64,000 nucleotides of DNA from Camelus ferus (lineage: Eukaryota): assembly GCF_009834535.1 (NCBI RefSeq), contig NC_045696.1, forward strand, positions 67,954,001 to 68,018,000, read 5' to 3'. A model generated the notes under the pieces. It was given only the letters and a program-made list of their open reading frames with translations. It searched no databases and was not told where the DNA came from. A program made the position numbers and the translations under genes. Shown here one piece after another: positions 60,075-64,000 of this stretch (the first letter of the stretch is position 1; every line of letters begins with the position of its first letter).

Positions 60075-60600
60075 CACATTTATTCAAAAAACATTTCAGG
60101 AATGCCTCCAACATTCTTGGCATGGCAGGAGACATCAAAGTTGAGAGGCTGCCTCACCCTCCAGAAGCTAACAGAGAGGGAGAATGAGACACCCGCATAA
60201 ATAAGAATAGCTCAAGGTACAATGTGATAAATTCTAAAAGTGTTCTCACTCAAAGCAGTGTGGGGTTCTAGGAAAGAAATGGTTATTTCTGGCCGCTGGG
60301 ATGAGGGACGGGGCTTCAGGACCGAGGTAATGTTTCAGCAGGACGAGACAGGAACAAGGGCACGGATCAGGCAGGTCCTGGTCCAGGGCACAGTTCAGCT
60401 GGCTGGAGCCCATGGACAGTAAAGAGTGGCCTGAATTCTGGAGAGAAAGACTGGCGTCAGATGATGGAGAGAACGCTGAAGGCCAGGCTGGGAGTCTGGG
60501 TGTACTTCCTCTGGAGCAAGGCGGAGTGCCTCTGTAGGTGGACTGTGTGCACGGTGATGTCTCAATTGAAGCCATTCTTCTACATGCAGTAGAAAATTAA
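60075..60600 (-). mobile_element. L2 LINE fragment
   Basis: catttattcaaaaaacatttcaggaatgcct...ctgcctcaccctccagaagct...gggcttcaggaccgaggtaatgtttcagc. Confidence 0.6.
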
Positions 60601-61054
60601 ATCGATAAACAAAAAGTAAAGAGGCTACAAACGTACATCCAAGCTAGTGTAAATAAGCCACACGAGGTTCAGGAGTAAAATTGCTGGAAATGACTGTGAA
60701 GCCCCCACCAGCAGAAACGCATTCCTTCAATGCTGAACATCTGGTGGGGGCAGGGAGGATGCGTCAGGAGGGAAGAGGGCAAAAGTCATGGCTCTAGCTT
60801 CTGATTCTTCCCAGTGATCCAATCCAAGCGTGGCTCCTTCCTGTCCTCTAAGGCCCCTGACTTCAGCATCTGTGTCCATTCCTGTAACACCCTCTCCGCA
60901 GCCTAAGCCGCCTCAAAAAAGCAAGAATGCTTTTGGTGAGTAAATTCTACCTCTCAATGGAGTGAGAATATCATAAGATTGCAGGTTCACTGGGGTCAGA
61001 AGAAAACATACCACATCAACGAAGGAGTGGAGAGAGGGCTTTTCTGCCCCTGAA

Positions 61055-61233
61055 GCATTGGTTTTGGCGGGACATTAAAATCCTCTGGAGTATTTTTTTT
61101 TTTAATTGCTGATATTCAGGGCTCTACCCCAGCCCATTCAAATCAAAATGTCTACAGGAGGAACCCAGGCATGGCTATAATTAGCATCTCCCCGGGTGAT
61201 TTCAGTGTGTGGTCAGGACTGAAAGTCACTGCT
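61055..61233. mobile_element. MER5A-like hAT-Charlie element
   Basis: cattaaaatcctctggag...gggctctaccccagcccattcaaatcaaaatgtct...ctccccgggtgatttcagtgtgtggtcaggactgaaagtcactg. Confidence 0.7.
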
Positions 61234-64000
61234 GAAAGTTTGGATAAAATGTTCAAAGGAGAGCAAGACAGCAAATAAAAGAAGAACAGGCTGACCATTC
61301 AGCTCAAGCAGCACAGTAATCCCTAATCACGCACCGGCTCCTCTTCAGGGCCTCTTTCCCTCTGGCTGGGGAGTCCGGGGTGCGCTCTTCATAGCAGGCT
61401 GTCAGCTTCCCTTGGGTCTGTCCACAGATGCCACTGAGAAGGTCATCGGCGTCATGTAACCAAAGAAGGCGTGTCCACGCATCAAAACACAAGTCAGGGA
61501 CATCGGGGCAGCAGGAGCCAGCACTGCCCCTTGCAAAGTCCTACCCACCACTGTCACAGGCCAGGGGGAAGGAGGAGTGTGTGTGCATCTCTGTTCCCAG
61601 CCTTCAACGCCGGGCAGTGTGCAAGTTTACGTAGGGTGGGTACAGGCTTCGCAATTAGGTAAATGCTGACTCTTCCACTTTCTACGTGAACTTAAGCATC
61701 TCTCTGATCCTGCATTTCCTTATTGAGAAGTGGAAATTAGAATATATGCCTTGCATGTTGTTTTTCTTCTAAGATTAAGAATGATGAGTGGACATACTCT
61801 GGTACATACTGGATGCTCACTAAACGAGAGCAAATACATCATTACCATCAAGACTGAGCAAAAAAACCAACCTGAAATGGCACCAAAATTGCACTCCATG
61901 ACCTCACCGTGAACTGAAGACAAAAATGAGAACTATATGAGGTAGACAACCACTTTCATCTCATAGGCCAGGAAGAAGTATTATTTACACTTCCAGTGCT
62001 AACTGAAAAGTAGTCTGTTTAAACCTAGATGTTCATTTATCGCCCTCAGTTGTACCTGACAGAGATTACCAGGTGGCCTGGACCCCAGCAGGCATTGGGA
62101 CTTGCCTTTCCTCTGTTCAGCCCTTGTCCCACAAAAGAATGCAAAGCTGAAAGGTCTCTGGAGCTGATATGACCATCAGCCTTACTGTGCAGGTAAGAGA
62201 GGAAACCAAGGCTGGCTGGGGACACACAGCACGTGGGGAGCATGACCGTCCTCAACAAGGTGGTCAATTTCAATTTTAATTAAACTTCGAGGCCACTGAC
62301 GGTCAGAATAGAACTATAAAAACACCCGAGTTAATGAGTTTACCAACACTTCTTCTCATAAGACAGGCAGTTTGGAAATTAAACGTCTTACTCTATGTGT
62401 GCCAGGGACAATGCTAGAGGCAGGTCTAAAACCCAGGTCTGGGGGATTCCAAGGAAGGGGATGGAGATGGGGGTCAAATGCGCAGGCTCCACCACCACCT
62501 GCACAACTAATGCCTCCACTTCTCTGAGCCACGGGTTTCCCTCTCTATAATAAGATGGTACTCCCTGACTTCCTTAAGGATCACTGGAGAATTAGTGGAT
62601 GGTGACCATGGAAACCACTTATAAACAAATTTATGGTAGATACATGTGAGGGATTTGTGCCATTCTGACCTGGAGATACCTACATGTTGCCTCCCAGTAC
62701 AAAAGCATAAAAATCCATTAAAAGAAGATTTGTACCCATTACCCATTTGGGTCAAATACCAAATAGTTGGCTATTAAAATCAATATTAAGCCAAAGCTGA
62801 GGCTAAAATCTATTAGCATCATCATCTGAACTTCCTTTACACAAGAATAAATACGAAATTGCTCTGTGTTGAAGAGAATTTATCAATGATTTGTTGTGCA
62901 TGATTTTGGAAGTTTTCCTGATCATAAAATGTTGAGGGGATAAAGCTGGCAATCTACTTTTATCTTTAAAAAATTAATTCTTAAATAGGACTTTTCTGGA
63001 AAGATTCATGGCCTTAAGTAAAATTAAATACTAAAGCTTAAAAACAGTCTCTAATAGTCATTTTTTTAAATGATAAGTGCATTCATCAACCAATCCTACA
63101 ATGATTAGAATTATGATATAATTTAATCTCACGATAATGCCTCTATTATAATTTATATTTTTATAAACACTTATTAGCTAAGAAAGGATATGATGTTCTT
63201 CCCAAAGTTATCTAGCTAATGTACTCTATTAAATAATATTTAACTAATCTAAAACTAGTGTTTACTATCAATTTATTTCCTTCGTTGTTTAACTATTTTA
63301 AAGTTCTTAATAATTGTTTGACCCATAAATTTAATAGCGTTCACAGTCATCATTAAATACTGTTGCAATTTGCTCTTATAGATACCTTTATATTTCAATT
63401 GATTTGTAGAATTTCAAGGTATAAATAACTTTTAGAAGACTTTTCACCACAAATTACATGTAAAAGTTTCTCCTACATTTGAAAGTTATTTAATCTGGAA
63501 ATTAACTTAATTGTCTAGGTATTAACTGGAAAGTAATATCTGGTTATAAACAACAAATCTGAAATACATGTTTGTTCATATTACGAATGGTTTTATGCTG
63601 ATATGACAGTAACCTGAGTGATGTTCAGCACTCGGTCACTTCCTGCACAAACTCAGAGATGCCCAAAATGTTAATAAAGCGGGCATCTGGCTCTCTTACC
63701 ATTCCAAGGGCTGAAGCAGAGATCTATGCCAACGAGCATCTTTACACCAAATAAAGCGAAAACCAAAGTCAGTGCATCCTTAAAGGCAACTGAGTTGCCT
63801 AATTCTAAGATGGCACTTCTAGATTTTTAGTGTTTTAATGTGGAAACATAACATGGAGCAAAAACTAGAGTTTTCAATATATATGTATGGAAAGCCTGCC
63901 ATGAATCAGATATACACTAAGTAAGATACCTAGAACTCCCGACTCAGCACAGGAGACAAATATGTACACAACTAACCATCACACGTTCACAGAGGTCTGG

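Noticed and set aside
198..62755. The many 60-165 aa ORFs in the six-frame track
   Set aside because: None resembles a protein I recognise. Many start at non-ATG codons or run through microsatellites and TEs (CVCV, ERER, HTHT runs), as expected by chance in mammalian non-coding DNA.
1..64000. CRISPR array, operon or prokaryotic-type defence system
   Set aside because: The sequence is eukaryotic (SINE/LINE-rich, CpG-depleted) with no regularly spaced repeat-spacer structure.

Overview
Mammalian genomic DNA, most likely camelid (alpaca/llama/camel). The assignment rests on three tRNA-derived SINEs of the camelid Vic-1 type and cetartiodactyl-type L1 3' ends. The window looks like the inside of a very large intron (or a gene-poor regulatory region). 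It is dense in ancient MIR, L2, L1M and hAT (MER) relics and microsatellites, with repeat-free blocks rich in homeodomain/TALE motifs that look like enhancers. I see no multi-exon protein-coding gene, RNA gene or CRISPR array, and none of the listed six-frame ORFs resembles a protein I recognise. The best gene-related signal is a short minus-strand candidate first coding exon (1049-1124, MFFVCKLSMCVCEPFIIMDSVGSNH, phase-1 donor G|GTGAGT). PBX1 intron 2 is a speculative guess for the host gene and is unverified. The best-supported curiosities are retrotransposition scars visible in the sequence: a TSD-flanked, poly(A)-tailed insert of non-repeat sequence (59355-59537), a twin-primed 5'-inverted L1 (30301-30508), and an L1 with a possible short 3' transduction (23349-23575). 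There is also a CpG-rich patch with tandem NRF1 motifs among L1 debris. I found no convincing novel biological system. Repeat family names and boundaries were assigned by eye and are approximate.
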